From positions 512,001 through 576,000 of the forward strand of contig CBDBLV010000005.1 of assembly GCA_965207225.1 (NCBI GenBank): a DNA stretch of 64,000 nt, written 5' to 3'. The notes beneath the pieces are model-generated. The model was not told the origin of the DNA, did not search any database, and worked only from the letters and a program-made list of their open reading frames with translations. Shown here in pieces: positions 1 to 9,946 of this stretch (position 1 is the first letter of the stretch; each line of letters opens with the position of its first letter). The DNA is from Dehalococcoidia bacterium. Its GTDB lineage: Bacteria > Chloroflexota > Dehalococcoidia > Plut-88900. Made by a program: the position numbers and the translations under genes.

Positions 1-1874
1 CCGTCCGCACCCTGTGTCCTCACCAGGTATTCTACCCCTTGCCGCGCCTCTATGCTGTGGCCCTCCCCAGCCGATATCAACCCCAGCAGCGCCCACGCCG
101 TCTGCGATGCCGTGCTATTCCCCTGCCCCCTCAGTGAAGGGTCGTCGTATGATGCACACGTCTCACCCCACCCCCCGTCCCCGTTCTGGTGCAATTTGAG
201 CCATTCCACGGCCTTCCTCACGTACGGGCTGTCCATGTCCTCTCCCAGTGCCTCCAGCGCCGGCAGCACCGCCCCGACTCCGTAGATGTAGTTCACACCC
301 CACCGCCCGAACCACGACCCGTCTTCTTCCTGCTCTTCCTTGATGTACCTCAGCCCCGCCTCTATCCTCTCGTCCGATTCTGCCGTCAGCCCCCGAAGCC
401 CCAGCAGCTCGAGGATGTGCGCCGTCACGTCCACGCTCGGCGGATCAATCACCTCCCCGAAATCGCAGAACGGGATCTGCGTCACCAGCGTCCGCGTGTT
501 GTTCTTGTCGAACGCTCCCCACCCCCCGTTCCGGCTCTGCATCCCCATGATCCACTCTATCCCCCGGTTGATCGCCCTTTCGCCTGCAATCGGGTCCAGC
601 GCCACCTTTGTGAGCGCTATCGCCACCTCCGCCGCATCGTCAATGTCCGGGTACCACTCGTTGTCGAACTCGAACGCCCAGCCCCCGGGCTTGAGCCCCG
701 GGCTCTTCACCGCCCAGTCCCCTTCCTTCATTATCTGCTCTTCCAGCAGCCACTCGCCTGCTCTCACCAGCGCCGGGTGCTGTCGGCTCATCCCCGACTC
801 CTCCAGCGCTATCACCACCCACGCCGTGTCCCATACCGGGCTGATGCAGGACTGCGTCCTGAAAGTGTCGCCCTCTTCTATCCCGAACGTTACGAACGCC
901 TCCAGCCCCTTGGCCATGACGGGATGCTCTACCGAATAACCGAGACAGTCAAGGGCAATCAGCGAATACACCCAGGGCGGCTGGATCCCCGCCCAGGCGC
1001 CATTCGCGTCCTGGTGGTCCAATATCCACTCTTCGGCCTTCTTGATCGCCAGCCTCCGGGTTGGACGAAATGGCCACTTTTCTCCGATCTTGATTACCCT
1101 GTCCAGCCCGATGAACGCCCGCTTCCAGCTAAGCAGCCCCGGTTTGCCCCTCACCGTAAAGCCCGGCTTCCCTGCATCCTCGGGTATCAACTCCTGTATC
1201 CTGGCGTATCCCGGCACGGGACGCACCGGCCTCTTGTTCATGATGATAGTCATCGGCACTATCGTGCCCCGGGCCCACGACGAAAAGTCGTATATATTCA
1301 TCGGTGCCCATGCCGGCAGAAGGAACATCTCCGGCGGCATCGCAGGTATCGCATTCCAGTTCCACTCCCCCAGCATTGCCAGCCAGATCTTCGTGAAGTT
1401 TCGTACCTTCGGAAGACCGCCCTCCGACAAAATGAACTCCCGAGCCCTCTCCATCCGCAGGTCATCAGCCGGGATGCCCGCCAGCTTCAGCGCAAAATAC
1501 GCCTCCACCGTGACATTCAAATCACCCGGCCCGCCGTAATAGACGCTCCACGTTCCGTCCTCTCGCTGGGTGCTCAGCAGGTACCGCGCCACCTGGTCCC
1601 ATCGACGCCTCTCCCCGATGCCCAGGAAATGCGTCAGCATCAGGTACTCTGCCGTTATCGTGGCGTTGGACTCCAGCTCACCCCACCAGTACCCCTCCCT
1701 GTACTGCGTCTCCAACAGGTGCTCCTGGCAGTTCCGGATCACTGCATCCAGAGCACCCCTGTCCGGTTCGCCCTTGCGTGTCGCCACTCCCACCCCGCCC
1801 CCACGGCCATTATCCTGCCCGTTTGTCCGCGGGTTCACCCAGAACCGCCGGATCTCGGAAGCCTTCTGCCTCAT
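1..1874 (-). CDS. shc: squalene-hopene cyclase (3' end outside window)
   Basis: Minus-strand translation gives EGYWWGELESNATITAEYLML and WAFEFDNEWYPDIDDAAEV (DXDD protonation motif). ATG at 1874 overlaps the hpnA stop (ATGA); alternative GTG start at 1787. Confidence 0.93.
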   Translation of the reverse strand, partial: MRQKASEIRRFWVNPRTNGQDNGRGGGVGVATRKGEPDRGALDAVIRNCQEHLLETQYREGYWWGELESNATITAEYLMLTHFLGIGERRRWDQVARYLLSTQREDGTWSVYYGGPGDLNVTVEAYFALKLAGIPADDLRMERAREFILSEGGLPKVRNFTKIWLAMLGEWNWNAIPAMPPEMFLLPAWAPMNIYDFSSWARGTIVPMTIIMNKRPVRPVPGYARIQELIPEDAGKPGFTVRGKPGLLSWKRAFIGLDRVIKIGEKWPFRPTRRLAIKKAEEWILDHQDANGAWAGIQPPWVYSLIALDCLGYSVEHPVMAKGLEAFVTFGIEEGDTFRTQSCISPVWDTAWVVIALEESGMSRQHPALVRAGEWLLEEQIMKEGDWAVKSPGLKPGGWAFEFDNEWYPDIDDAAEVAIALTKVALDPIAGERAINRGIEWIMGMQSRNGGWGAFDKNNTRTLVTQIPFCDFGEVIDPPSVDVTAHILELLGLRGLTAESDERIEAGLRYIKEEQEEDGSWFGRWGVNYIYGVGAVLPALEALGEDMDSPYVRKAVEWLKLHQNGDGGWGETCASYDDPSLRGQGNSTASQTAWALLGLISAGEGHSIEARQGVEYLVRTQGAD

Positions 1875-2869
1875 GCCGCCACCCCCATCGCCCCCCGACC
1901 CCTGAACCACGCCACCGCGTCCCGCAGCGCCTCCTCTATCGGCGTCTGAGGCATCCCCAGCTCTCGCATCGCCTTCGAACAGTCGAAGTACATTGGGTGC
2001 CGGGCCATTCTCACCCCCGACACCGGGATCCGGGGTGCCTTGCTCAGCAGCTTCACCGAAAATAGGTGCTCCACATGCGCCAGCGTCATCGCCAGTCCGT
2101 AGGGCAGCTTCACCCGCGGCGCCGACGTTCCTGTCACCCTCGCCAATACCCCGAACAGCTCCTTCAGCGTCACGTTCTGGTTGCCCAGGATGTACCGCTC
2201 TCCTGTCCTTCCCTTCTTGTAGGCCAATATGTGCCCCCGGGCCACGTCCCTCACGTCCACTACGTTGATTCCCGTGTCGATGTACGCCGGCATCCGACCC
2301 CTGATGAAGTCCAGCACTATCCGACCCGTCGGTGTTGGCTTCGGGTCCCAAGGCCCGACCGGCGCCGTTGGGTTCACGATCACCACGTCCAGACCCCGTT
2401 GGCAGTATTCCAGCGCCTTCTCCTCGGCGAGGAACTTGGTCCGGTGGTACCCGTCCACAATTTCGTCCGGCGTGCACCGCGAGTCCTCATTCGGGATCGG
2501 TCCTCCCTTCCAGTGCCCGAACACCGACGCCGTGCTCGTGTACACCACCCTTCCCACCCCCGCCCCCATCGCTGCCTCAAGGATGTTCACCGTCCCCTCG
2601 ACGTTCGTCCTTGCGAAATCGCTGGGGTCCGGGCTCCACAGGCTGTACAGCGCCGCCGCGTGAAACAGCGCTTCCTGACCCTCCATCGCCCGGTCCAACG
2701 ACGCCCGGTCCTGCAGGTCCCCAACCGCGACCTCCACTTCCAGCCCATCAACATTCGTCATATCCGCCCCGGGCCGGCAAAGAACGCGGACTTCGTGGCC
2801 GTCCGCTAGGAGCTCCCTCACCAGGTTCCCCCCTATGAAACCCGTGGCCCCAGTCACCAGCGCCTTCAA
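1871..2869 (-). CDS. hpnA: hopanoid-associated sugar epimerase / NAD-dependent dehydratase
   Basis: VTGATGFIG Rossmann motif, YHRTK catalytic motif, GPWDPKPTPTG segment; adjacent to shc. Confidence 0.88.
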   Translation of the reverse strand: MKALVTGATGFIGGNLVRELLADGHEVRVLCRPGADMTNVDGLEVEVAVGDLQDRASLDRAMEGQEALFHAAALYSLWSPDPSDFARTNVEGTVNILEAAMGAGVGRVVYTSTASVFGHWKGGPIPNEDSRCTPDEIVDGYHRTKFLAEEKALEYCQRGLDVVIVNPTAPVGPWDPKPTPTGRIVLDFIRGRMPAYIDTGINVVDVRDVARGHILAYKKGRTGERYILGNQNVTLKELFGVLARVTGTSAPRVKLPYGLAMTLAHVEHLFSVKLLSKAPRIPVSGVRMARHPMYFDCSKAMRELGMPQTPIEEALRDAVAWFRGRGAMGVAA

Positions 2870-2905
2870 GACGCCATCTCCACCGCGGTCACTTTCCTGT
2901 CTCCT

Positions 2906-3658
2906 CTATTCGACAAACAGGTAGCTCCTGATAAATGCGTTCAACGCCTTGTCCGCCGCCCGGGCTTTAAGCCCCAGCCCCGACAGCCTCCACAACTCCC
3001 CGGGATGGTTCACCACGTACCCCAAACTCCGCGCCACCGACACCCGACCTTCGTCATACAGTGCATCCAGACCCCGCGGCATCTGCATCTCCGCCGTGTC
3101 CACTATCGCCCTCACCGCTAGGAAGGGAAGCCCATATCGTGAGACCGCCTCGGCCACGTGATAGGTTTCCATGTCCACCGCCCGAATCCCGAATCGCTCC
3201 GCCATCTCCCTTTTCACCCTTGGCTCGGTAACTACCCGCTTCACCGTCCCGATCTTCCCCGCCCGGTACGGAATTCCCCACCCGCTTAGCCCCGACTCCG
3301 CCCTCGCCAGCAATTTCGCATCCAGCGCCGCCACCGCATCCCTTTCGTGAATCTCCGACTCTCCCGATTCCTCCACCAGGCAAGTGTCCGTTCCCAGCAC
3401 CAGGTCTCCCGTGTTCAGTGTCGGGTCCGCCGCTCCCGCGTACCCCATGGCCACTATCTCCGTTACCCCGTGCTCCCGCGTCAACTCTGCCACCACCTTC
3501 TCGATCTCCTTGGCCCCTATTCCCACCGCCGACACCAGCACCCCCGTCTCCCCCAGCACACCCCTCAACAGCCCCTCCCCACCATTAACCGGCGTGGCGT
3601 TTATCGCCTTTGCAAAGGAGGCCGCTTCCCTCGGCATGGCCGTAAGCACAGCTAGCAC
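2906..3658 (-). CDS. hpnG: HpnG-like nucleoside phosphorylase
   Basis: PNP/UDP-family motifs (GYAGA, AVDMET, VRAIVD); hopanoid cluster context. Confidence 0.72.
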   Translation of the reverse strand: MLAVLTAMPREAASFAKAINATPVNGGEGLLRGVLGETGVLVSAVGIGAKEIEKVVAELTREHGVTEIVAMGYAGAADPTLNTGDLVLGTDTCLVEESGESEIHERDAVAALDAKLLARAESGLSGWGIPYRAGKIGTVKRVVTEPRVKREMAERFGIRAVDMETYHVAEAVSRYGLPFLAVRAIVDTAEMQMPRGLDALYDEGRVSVARSLGYVVNHPGELWRLSGLGLKARAADKALNAFIRSYLFVE

Positions 3659-4014
3659 CCCCCACCCCCTTCTCCCTTCGCCCGACCCTCAGCCCGGGCC
3701 TTGGCTTCCGCCTTACGCCGCTGCCACGCCTCCCAGGACTTCCCTGCCGCCGTGTCCTTCCCGCTGAACTCCACGTTCGCTATCTGCGAATAGGCAATCG
3801 TGAATGGCCCCCCACCCGACTTGTCGAAATACTCCAGGAACGGCTCCCGGGCTTCCGCCGCCCTGTTGAAGATGTAACCCTCTACCGCAGACCCGTCCGT
3901 CTTCACGATAGTCGTGTTCCCGCGGTAGTCGTAGGCCATCTCTATGACTTGCTCTACAGTCAAACTGTCGTCGAGGGTCGGCACCCAACCCTCCAGGGAT
4001 TTCTCTTCCGCCAT
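3652..4014 (-). CDS. hypothetical protein in hopanoid operon
   Basis: 120-aa ORF with host-like codons, overlapping hpnG, between hpnH and hpnG. Confidence 0.75.
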   Translation of the reverse strand: MAEEKSLEGWVPTLDDSLTVEQVIEMAYDYRGNTTIVKTDGSAVEGYIFNRAAEAREPFLEYFDKSGGGPFTIAYSQIANVEFSGKDTAAGKSWEAWQRRKAEAKARAEGRAKGEGGGGC

Positions 4015-4039
4015 CTGTTAGCGACCCTCTATCTCCGCT

Positions 4040-5062
4040 CTACAGCTTGCCGGAGATCGTGGCTGCCACCGTGTCCTTGAACCCCTTCCAGCTCGTGAAC
4101 GTCTTGTCCACCGCCGTCGCCTCGAACCCCGAGTGCACCATGCAGTCCCGGCACTTCGGGTTCCCGCTCGCCTTTCCGTATTCAGCCCACTTCGTCTCCT
4201 CCATCAGCTCCTTGAAACTGTGGGCGTAACCCTCCTGCAGCAAATAACACGGCCTTTGCCACCCGAACACGTTGAATGTCGGGTTGCCCCAGGGTGTGCA
4301 CTCGTAGTCCTGCTTACCCATCAGGAACTGCAGGAACAGCGGAGACTGGTTGAACCTCCACCCCTTCTTCTTCTCCTTGAAGATCTCCGAAAACAGCTGG
4401 TTGGTGCTCTGCTTCCTAAGGAAATGCTCCTGGTCCGGCGCCTTCGAATAGCTGTATCCCGGCGACAGCATCATCCCCTCCACCCCCAGCTCGGTCATAT
4501 CGTCGAAGAATTGCCTGACCCTCAGGGGCTGAGCCCCATCAAACAGAGTCGTGTTCGTCGTCACCCGGAACCCGAGCCCCAGCGCCGTCCTGATCGCTTC
4601 CACCGCCCTGTCGTACACCCCGTCCTGGCACACCGACTCATCGTGGTCGGCCTGCATTCCGTCCAAATGTATGCTGAACGTCAGGTACTTCGATGGCGTG
4701 AACAGCCCCTCTTCCAGCTTCTTCTTTAACAGGATGGCGTTAGTGCACAGGTACACGTACTTCTTCCGCCTTACCAGCTCCTCAACCAGCTCCCCGATCT
4801 CCGGGTAAAGCAGGGGCTCGCCGCCCGGAATGCTCACTATCGGTGCCCCGCACTCTTCCACCGCCCCCAGGCACTGCTCTACCGTCAACCGCTTCTTCAA
4901 GATCTGGGCCGGGTACTGGATCTTCCCGCATCCCGCACACGCCAGGTTGCACTTGAACAGCACCTCAAGCATCAGCACCAGCGGGTAACGCTTCCGCCGA
5001 AGCAGTTTCTGCTTCAAAACGTGCCCCGACACCGTCATCATCTGCGTTAGTGGTACACCCAT
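4040..5062 (-). CDS. hpnH: adenosyl-hopene transferase, radical SAM
   Basis: YPLVLMLE...CNLACAGCGKI radical SAM motif, CTPWGNPT, CRDCMVHSGFE. Confidence 0.95.
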   Translation of the reverse strand: MGVPLTQMMTVSGHVLKQKLLRRKRYPLVLMLEVLFKCNLACAGCGKIQYPAQILKKRLTVEQCLGAVEECGAPIVSIPGGEPLLYPEIGELVEELVRRKKYVYLCTNAILLKKKLEEGLFTPSKYLTFSIHLDGMQADHDESVCQDGVYDRAVEAIRTALGLGFRVTTNTTLFDGAQPLRVRQFFDDMTELGVEGMMLSPGYSYSKAPDQEHFLRKQSTNQLFSEIFKEKKKGWRFNQSPLFLQFLMGKQDYECTPWGNPTFNVFGWQRPCYLLQEGYAHSFKELMEETKWAEYGKASGNPKCRDCMVHSGFEATAVDKTFTSWKGFKDTVAATISGKL

Positions 5063-5064
5063 CC

Positions 5065-6105
5065 CTAGTGCTCCCTCTCTAGGAAAAATCTCGCCAGGCC
5101 CCTGAGCTGCGAGTCCATGTCTTCGTCCAGCTTCAGCCCGTCCAACCGACGCATCGCCGAATCATTGTGCTCGGCCGCCAGGCCCTGGCAGTACTCCCGG
5201 GCCCCGGTCCTTTTCAATATCCCCAGCACGACGTCCACCTCTTCCTCCCCCGCTGGGTCGTCGTTCCCGTATATCGCCTGCATGCTCCTGCGGTCATCAC
5301 CCTGGGCCGACTGCAGAGCGTGCACCACCGGAAGGCACATCTTCTTCCGCCTGATGTCGGACGCTATCGGCTTCCCCAGCCTGTCCTCGTCTCCCCACAC
5401 CCCCAGGTAGTCGTCCCTTATCTGGAATACGGCCCCCATGTCCAGCCCGAACTGCCTCCACGACTCGGACAATGCGGTGTCGCACCCCGCCGCCAGCGCC
5501 CCTAGATAGTACGAACACCCGAACAGCGCCCCCGTCTTCCGCCCGATCATTCCCAGGTACTGGTCCGTCGTGACCTCGGTGTTCCTCTCGTATGTGATGT
5601 CCAGGAACTGTCCCTCGATCATCTCCAGCGACGCCTTCTCCAACCCCTCCACCGCCAGCCGTATCTGTGTTGCCGGATGAGTGTCATCCACGCCCCTCAC
5701 CAGCGTCAGCGCCGCCAGCCCCCTCATCGAGTCCCCCGCATTGATCCCCTGTGCCAGGCCCCACTTGTGCCACACCGTGTCCCGGTGCCGGCGCTGAGTG
5801 TCCCCGTCCTGTATGTCGTCGTGTATAAGGGAAAAGTTGTGGACCAGCTCCAGCGCCGCCGCAAAGGAAAGGGCCTTGTGCCAATCGCCGCCCGCCGCTT
5901 GGCAGGCCAGCAGGCACATCATTGGCCTCAGCCCCTTGCCCTGCCCGTTCGCCGGACGGCCCTCCCCGTCTATCCACCCCAGGTGGTAGCGCTGCATGTC
6001 GTAGATGCCCAACTCCCGACCCTCAAAGGCCGACCTCAGAGTGGCATCCAGCGACTCTTTGTACGTGTCGAAGGCTTTCGGAAGCGTCATCCTTGCTTCG
6101 ATCAC
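5065..6105 (-). CDS. polyprenyl diphosphate synthase
   Basis: GKGLRP, first aspartate-rich motif LIHDDIQDGD..RR, second motif FQIRDD. Confidence 0.92.
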   Translation of the reverse strand: MIEARMTLPKAFDTYKESLDATLRSAFEGRELGIYDMQRYHLGWIDGEGRPANGQGKGLRPMMCLLACQAAGGDWHKALSFAAALELVHNFSLIHDDIQDGDTQRRHRDTVWHKWGLAQGINAGDSMRGLAALTLVRGVDDTHPATQIRLAVEGLEKASLEMIEGQFLDITYERNTEVTTDQYLGMIGRKTGALFGCSYYLGALAAGCDTALSESWRQFGLDMGAVFQIRDDYLGVWGDEDRLGKPIASDIRRKKMCLPVVHALQSAQGDDRRSMQAIYGNDDPAGEEEVDVVLGILKRTGAREYCQGLAAEHNDSAMRRLDGLKLDEDMDSQLRGLARFFLEREH

Positions 6106-6119
6106 TCCTGTCCGGGGCC

Positions 6120-8036
6120 CTAGCGCGCCGCCCCGTCCTTCACAGCGGCCTTCTTGTCGGCTCCCTTCCGAAACATTTCAGGAAAGTCTTTTCTGATGGA
6201 GCCCGCGATTCCCTCCGGAGTAAGCCCCAGCATCTCCAGCAGCTCAGACCTCACCCCGTGCTCGACAAACGTGTCGGGCACACCCAGCGTCTTCACCTTC
6301 GCTCCCTTCGGCATGGCGCTTTCTATCAGCGCCAGCACCCGGGACCCGAATCCGCCGCTTATCATGTGCTCTTCCACCGTAACCACCCGACCCGTCTTCG
6401 CCGCGTTGTCGAGGATCAGCTTTTCATCCAGTGGGTTGATGAACCTGGCGTTAAGCACCGTGCACTCCACGCCGTCCGCCGCCAGGGCCTCCGCCGCCTC
6501 TATCGCCGGGTACACCATCGAACCTATCGCTATGATCGTCAGGTCCTTGCCTTCCCTGACTCTTTCGCCCTTCCCAATCTCCATCGAGTGAGGCTCTGAC
6601 GCCATCGGCACCCCGTACCCCGACCCCCTCGGGTATCGCAGAGCTATCGGCCCGTTATGTTGCACCGCCGTGTACAGAAGGTGTTGCAGCTCGTCCTCGT
6701 CCTTTGGTGCCGCCATCACAATGTTCGGCAGCGATCCCGTAAATGCAATGTCGAAGATTCCCTGGTGCGTCCTTCCGTCCTCTCCGACCAGCCCCGCCCT
6801 GTCCACCCCGATGATCACCGGAAGGTTCTGAAGGCACACATCATGAAGGATCTGGTCGTATGACCTCTGCAGGAACGTCGAGTAGATTGCGACCACCGGC
6901 TTCAGACCGCCCCGTGCCATCCCCGCCGCCACCGTCACCGCGTGCTGCTCTGCCACCCCCACGTCGAACACCCGCTTCGGGAACCGTTTCTCGACCTGCT
7001 TCAGACCCGTCCCCTCCAGCATCGCCGCACTGATCCCGACCACCGCCGGGTTCGCTTCCATCAGCTTTTCCATCGTGTCGGCGAACACCTTCGAATACGT
7101 CGGCGCCCCCGACCCCGCCCCGATTGGCGAGCTCGGCTGGTGGAACTTGATCGGGTCCTGCTCCGCGGGCTCGTGCCCCCTGCCCTTGTGGGTCACAACG
7201 TGTACCAGGGGCGGCTTGTCGTAATACTGCATCGCGTCCCGCAGTACGTGCTCCAGCTCCTCGATGTTGTGCCCGTCAATCGGCCCGATGTACCGGAACC
7301 CCATCTCCTCCCAAAGCAGGTTCGGGATTATCATCCCCTCTATGCTCGTCTTGATCCGCCGGGCCAGCCGCCACACCAGTTCCCCCTGTGGTAGCACCTT
7401 CGCCAGCTCCCGACCCCCTTCCACCAGGTGCCGGAAGTCCGGGTGCAGCGTGATCCGGTTCCGCCAGTTCGTCAGCCACCCCACGTTCTCCGAAATCGAC
7501 ATCCCGTTGTCGTTCAGGATGACCATCAGGTTCTCGGGCTTCTCCTGGGCTATGTTGTTCAGCCCTTCGTAGCTCAACCCCGCCGTCAGCGCCCCGTCAC
7601 CCACCACCCCGACCACGTAACCGCCCTGGTGCGTGAGCGTCAGCGCCGCCGCCATCCCCGCCGCCGCCGAGAGCCCTGTCCCCGCGTGCCCCGCCCCGAA
7701 GATGTCGTGCGGGCTTTCGTGTATCTCTGCAAATCCGGAATATCCGCCCTTTGTCCGGATATTTTCAAACCCATCCTTGCGACCCGTCACCAGCTTGTGC
7801 GTATAGCACTGGTTGCTCGTGTCCCAGACAATCTTGTCATTGGGGCTGTCCAGTATCCGGTGCAGGGCCAGGGTCAACTCCACGACACCCAGGTTGGACG
7901 CCATGTGACCCCCGTTCTTGCTTACCACCCGGATTATTACTTCCCGGATCTCCTCCGCTAGGGTGTCCAGCTCCGTATAGGAGAGCGACTTCAGGTCCTT
8001 GGGGCCGCTTACTTTGTCTAATATATTGTTCGCCAC
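6120..8036 (-). CDS. dxs: 1-deoxy-D-xylulose-5-phosphate synthase
   Basis: GGHMASNLG, GDGALTAG TPP motif, FDVGVAEQHA, DRAGLVGEDG. GTG start at 8036 with GAGGA SD. Confidence 0.95.
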   Translation of the reverse strand: MANNILDKVSGPKDLKSLSYTELDTLAEEIREVIIRVVSKNGGHMASNLGVVELTLALHRILDSPNDKIVWDTSNQCYTHKLVTGRKDGFENIRTKGGYSGFAEIHESPHDIFGAGHAGTGLSAAAGMAAALTLTHQGGYVVGVVGDGALTAGLSYEGLNNIAQEKPENLMVILNDNGMSISENVGWLTNWRNRITLHPDFRHLVEGGRELAKVLPQGELVWRLARRIKTSIEGMIIPNLLWEEMGFRYIGPIDGHNIEELEHVLRDAMQYYDKPPLVHVVTHKGRGHEPAEQDPIKFHQPSSPIGAGSGAPTYSKVFADTMEKLMEANPAVVGISAAMLEGTGLKQVEKRFPKRVFDVGVAEQHAVTVAAGMARGGLKPVVAIYSTFLQRSYDQILHDVCLQNLPVIIGVDRAGLVGEDGRTHQGIFDIAFTGSLPNIVMAAPKDEDELQHLLYTAVQHNGPIALRYPRGSGYGVPMASEPHSMEIGKGERVREGKDLTIIAIGSMVYPAIEAAEALAADGVECTVLNARFINPLDEKLILDNAAKTGRVVTVEEHMISGGFGSRVLALIESAMPKGAKVKTLGVPDTFVEHGVRSELLEMLGLTPEGIAGSIRKDFPEMFRKGADKKAAVKDGAAR

Positions 8037-8141
8037 GAATATTCCTCGCTGTCTATGACTAATAAGGCCTGCCGAATTTGGTCTCGGCCAAATAAACACC
8101 AAATCGGCAGGCAGGACAACTATATCGACAGCCGAGGTACT

Positions 8142-8170
8142 AGGCTAACACACCCCCCAAACCCCGTCAA
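8142..8170 (-). promoter_or_regulatory. sigma70-like promoter of the dxs/hopanoid operon
   Basis: Minus strand TTGACG-N17-TAGCCT. Confidence 0.5.
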
Positions 8171-8199
8171 ACCACCCCCCGCCCCCTTCCGTATTGCCT

Positions 8200-8226
8200 G
8201 TCATTCCGATTCCCCGCGATGAATCT
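8200..8226 (+). repeat. GTCATTCC..GAATC REP-like element
   Basis: gtcattccgattccccgcgatgaatct; family recurs about 12 times in the window. Confidence 0.7.
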
Positions 8227-8314
8227 GAGGTGAGGCACTTCCTCCCCCACTTCCTATAGCAGTAGGGTTAGATATCGTGCCCGCCCTTTCCCTGATTCCG
8301 TTGCCCCTCCCCCC

Positions 8315-8432
8315 AGTACCAAACTAGAGGCATGCACCTGCGCCAAGGCGCAGGTGCATGCCTCTGTTTATTCGTCCCCCTCTCCCTTAAAGGCCCTAAG
8401 GGAGAGGGGGATCAAGGGGGTGAGGGTTCCCC
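8315..8432 (+). repeat. variable-stem double-hairpin repeat, copy 1
   Basis: AGTA..AACTAGAGG-stem-CCTCTGTT...TCCCCCTCTCCCTTA..GGCCCTAAGGGAGAGGGGGA..AAGGGGGTGAGGGTTCCCC. Confidence 0.92.
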
Positions 8433-8454
8433 GTCCTACCTGTGGCAGGGTCGC

Positions 8455-9759
8455 TTAAACCCTCCGCCCCCCACCCCAAACCCGCCCCCGAAACACCACG
8501 GCAAACACCAACAATGATGCCCCCATCAGACATGCATTCCCCACATACACCCACGACAACGAAGTAAACCCCAGCACCAGGTACCCCACCAGCGGCCCGA
8601 ACGCCGACCCCAGATCCTGCCACGTAGCGTACCTGCTCATCACCGTAGACCTTCGTTCTCTGGGCGCCAGATCGCCGGCCAGGGCGTCGGATGAAGCCCC
8701 CAACGCCGCCGCACTGATGAATCCGACCGGCAGCCAGAGGAGTGTCAGGGCCAGCGTCCCCGGGAATGCCAGGAGCAGCACCATGGCTATGCTCAATGGG
8801 GCCGCCAGCAGGACTACCCGTTCCCTTCCGATCCGGTCTCCCATGTGCCCCAATATCGGCCCCCCCAGTGCTGCGATCCAGTTTGTCGCCAACAGTATCC
8901 CATTCAGCGTCGCAGTCCCCAGCATCCATCCCCCCACTGACGCCCCATCCTCTCCCAGCACTTCACTGAGGAAGAAACCGAGAGTCGATACAACTATTCC
9001 ACCCAGGGCGAAATAGAAAACGAACGAGTTGAGGAACAGCGCCAGCAACCGGCCAGTCCTGCCGTCTCCTTCCGACGAACTCCTGCCCAGCAGCATCCCC
9101 TGCAGGAAACTGCCATCCTCCTCTGGCTCTGGGGGATTGTTTATGGTCGGGGGAATAGGGCCTTGACGTTCGACACCACCGCCACTGCGACTCCTCCAGA
9201 AATTTATCATCAGCGGCACCCCTAGTACTCCCAACCCCGCAACTATCGCAAAGCTCGCTAGGCGACCCGTCACGTCAAAAAGGATCCCCCCAAGCAGTAC
9301 CCCGACTATGCTCCCTGCCCGCTGCCCACCGCTGAACAGGCCCATCAGGCGCGCCCGGTCTCGTTCCTTGCCCTCCTCCAGTACCGTCACGTAGCCCCCA
9401 AGCCTGAGAATCGAATAGCACAGGCCCCACAACAGACGCGTGATCAGCAAAGCGGCAAAACCGGGGCCCAGGCCGTATGCCAGCGTTGTCCCAATTGACA
9501 GTACGACCGCTACTGCCAGTGGCTTTTCCACCCCAAATCGCCTGAAAAGCCGGTCAGCCAGCGGGTTGGACGCCAGCCTAACGAACCTGTTCGCGCTCAG
9601 CAGCACCCCCACCAGCCCCGCCGACACCCCAAACGCCGATACATTGGACGGCAGCACGGCATATATCATCGAGTCCCCCATGATCACCGCCCCCACAATC
9701 GCCGTGACCACAAACACCCGCCCCGGCGCAAACCCATAGTCCTTTCCCCTGATACCCAT
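8455..9759 (-). CDS. MFS transporter
   Basis: Many hydrophobic helices; MFS loop motifs ADRLFRRFG and GDRIGRERV. Start codon uncertain. Confidence 0.85.
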   Translation of the reverse strand: MGIRGKDYGFAPGRVFVVTAIVGAVIMGDSMIYAVLPSNVSAFGVSAGLVGVLLSANRFVRLASNPLADRLFRRFGVEKPLAVAVVLSIGTTLAYGLGPGFAALLITRLLWGLCYSILRLGGYVTVLEEGKERDRARLMGLFSGGQRAGSIVGVLLGGILFDVTGRLASFAIVAGLGVLGVPLMINFWRSRSGGGVERQGPIPPTINNPPEPEEDGSFLQGMLLGRSSSEGDGRTGRLLALFLNSFVFYFALGGIVVSTLGFFLSEVLGEDGASVGGWMLGTATLNGILLATNWIAALGGPILGHMGDRIGRERVVLLAAPLSIAMVLLLAFPGTLALTLLWLPVGFISAAALGASSDALAGDLAPRERRSTVMSRYATWQDLGSAFGPLVGYLVLGFTSLSWVYVGNACLMGASLLVFAVVFRGRVWGGGRRV

Positions 9760-9946
9760 GGCCCACAACTCTACCACCCCGTCTCGCCTCCTGCCCCAAC
9801 CCAAATCTAGTATTCTCCTCTCACAGCGAACCACTTGATGTATGACCGTTGGCCAACCTCCCGCCTTGACAACGCCCCCGCGCGGGTGTTCCATTACCTC
9901 GCCCCTCCACCACTACCAACAAACCACCACCCAGGACTTGAACAAC

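Noticed and set aside
189-1949. 586-aa + strand ORF
   Set aside because: Antisense shadow of shc; Arg/Pro/His-rich with no family motifs.
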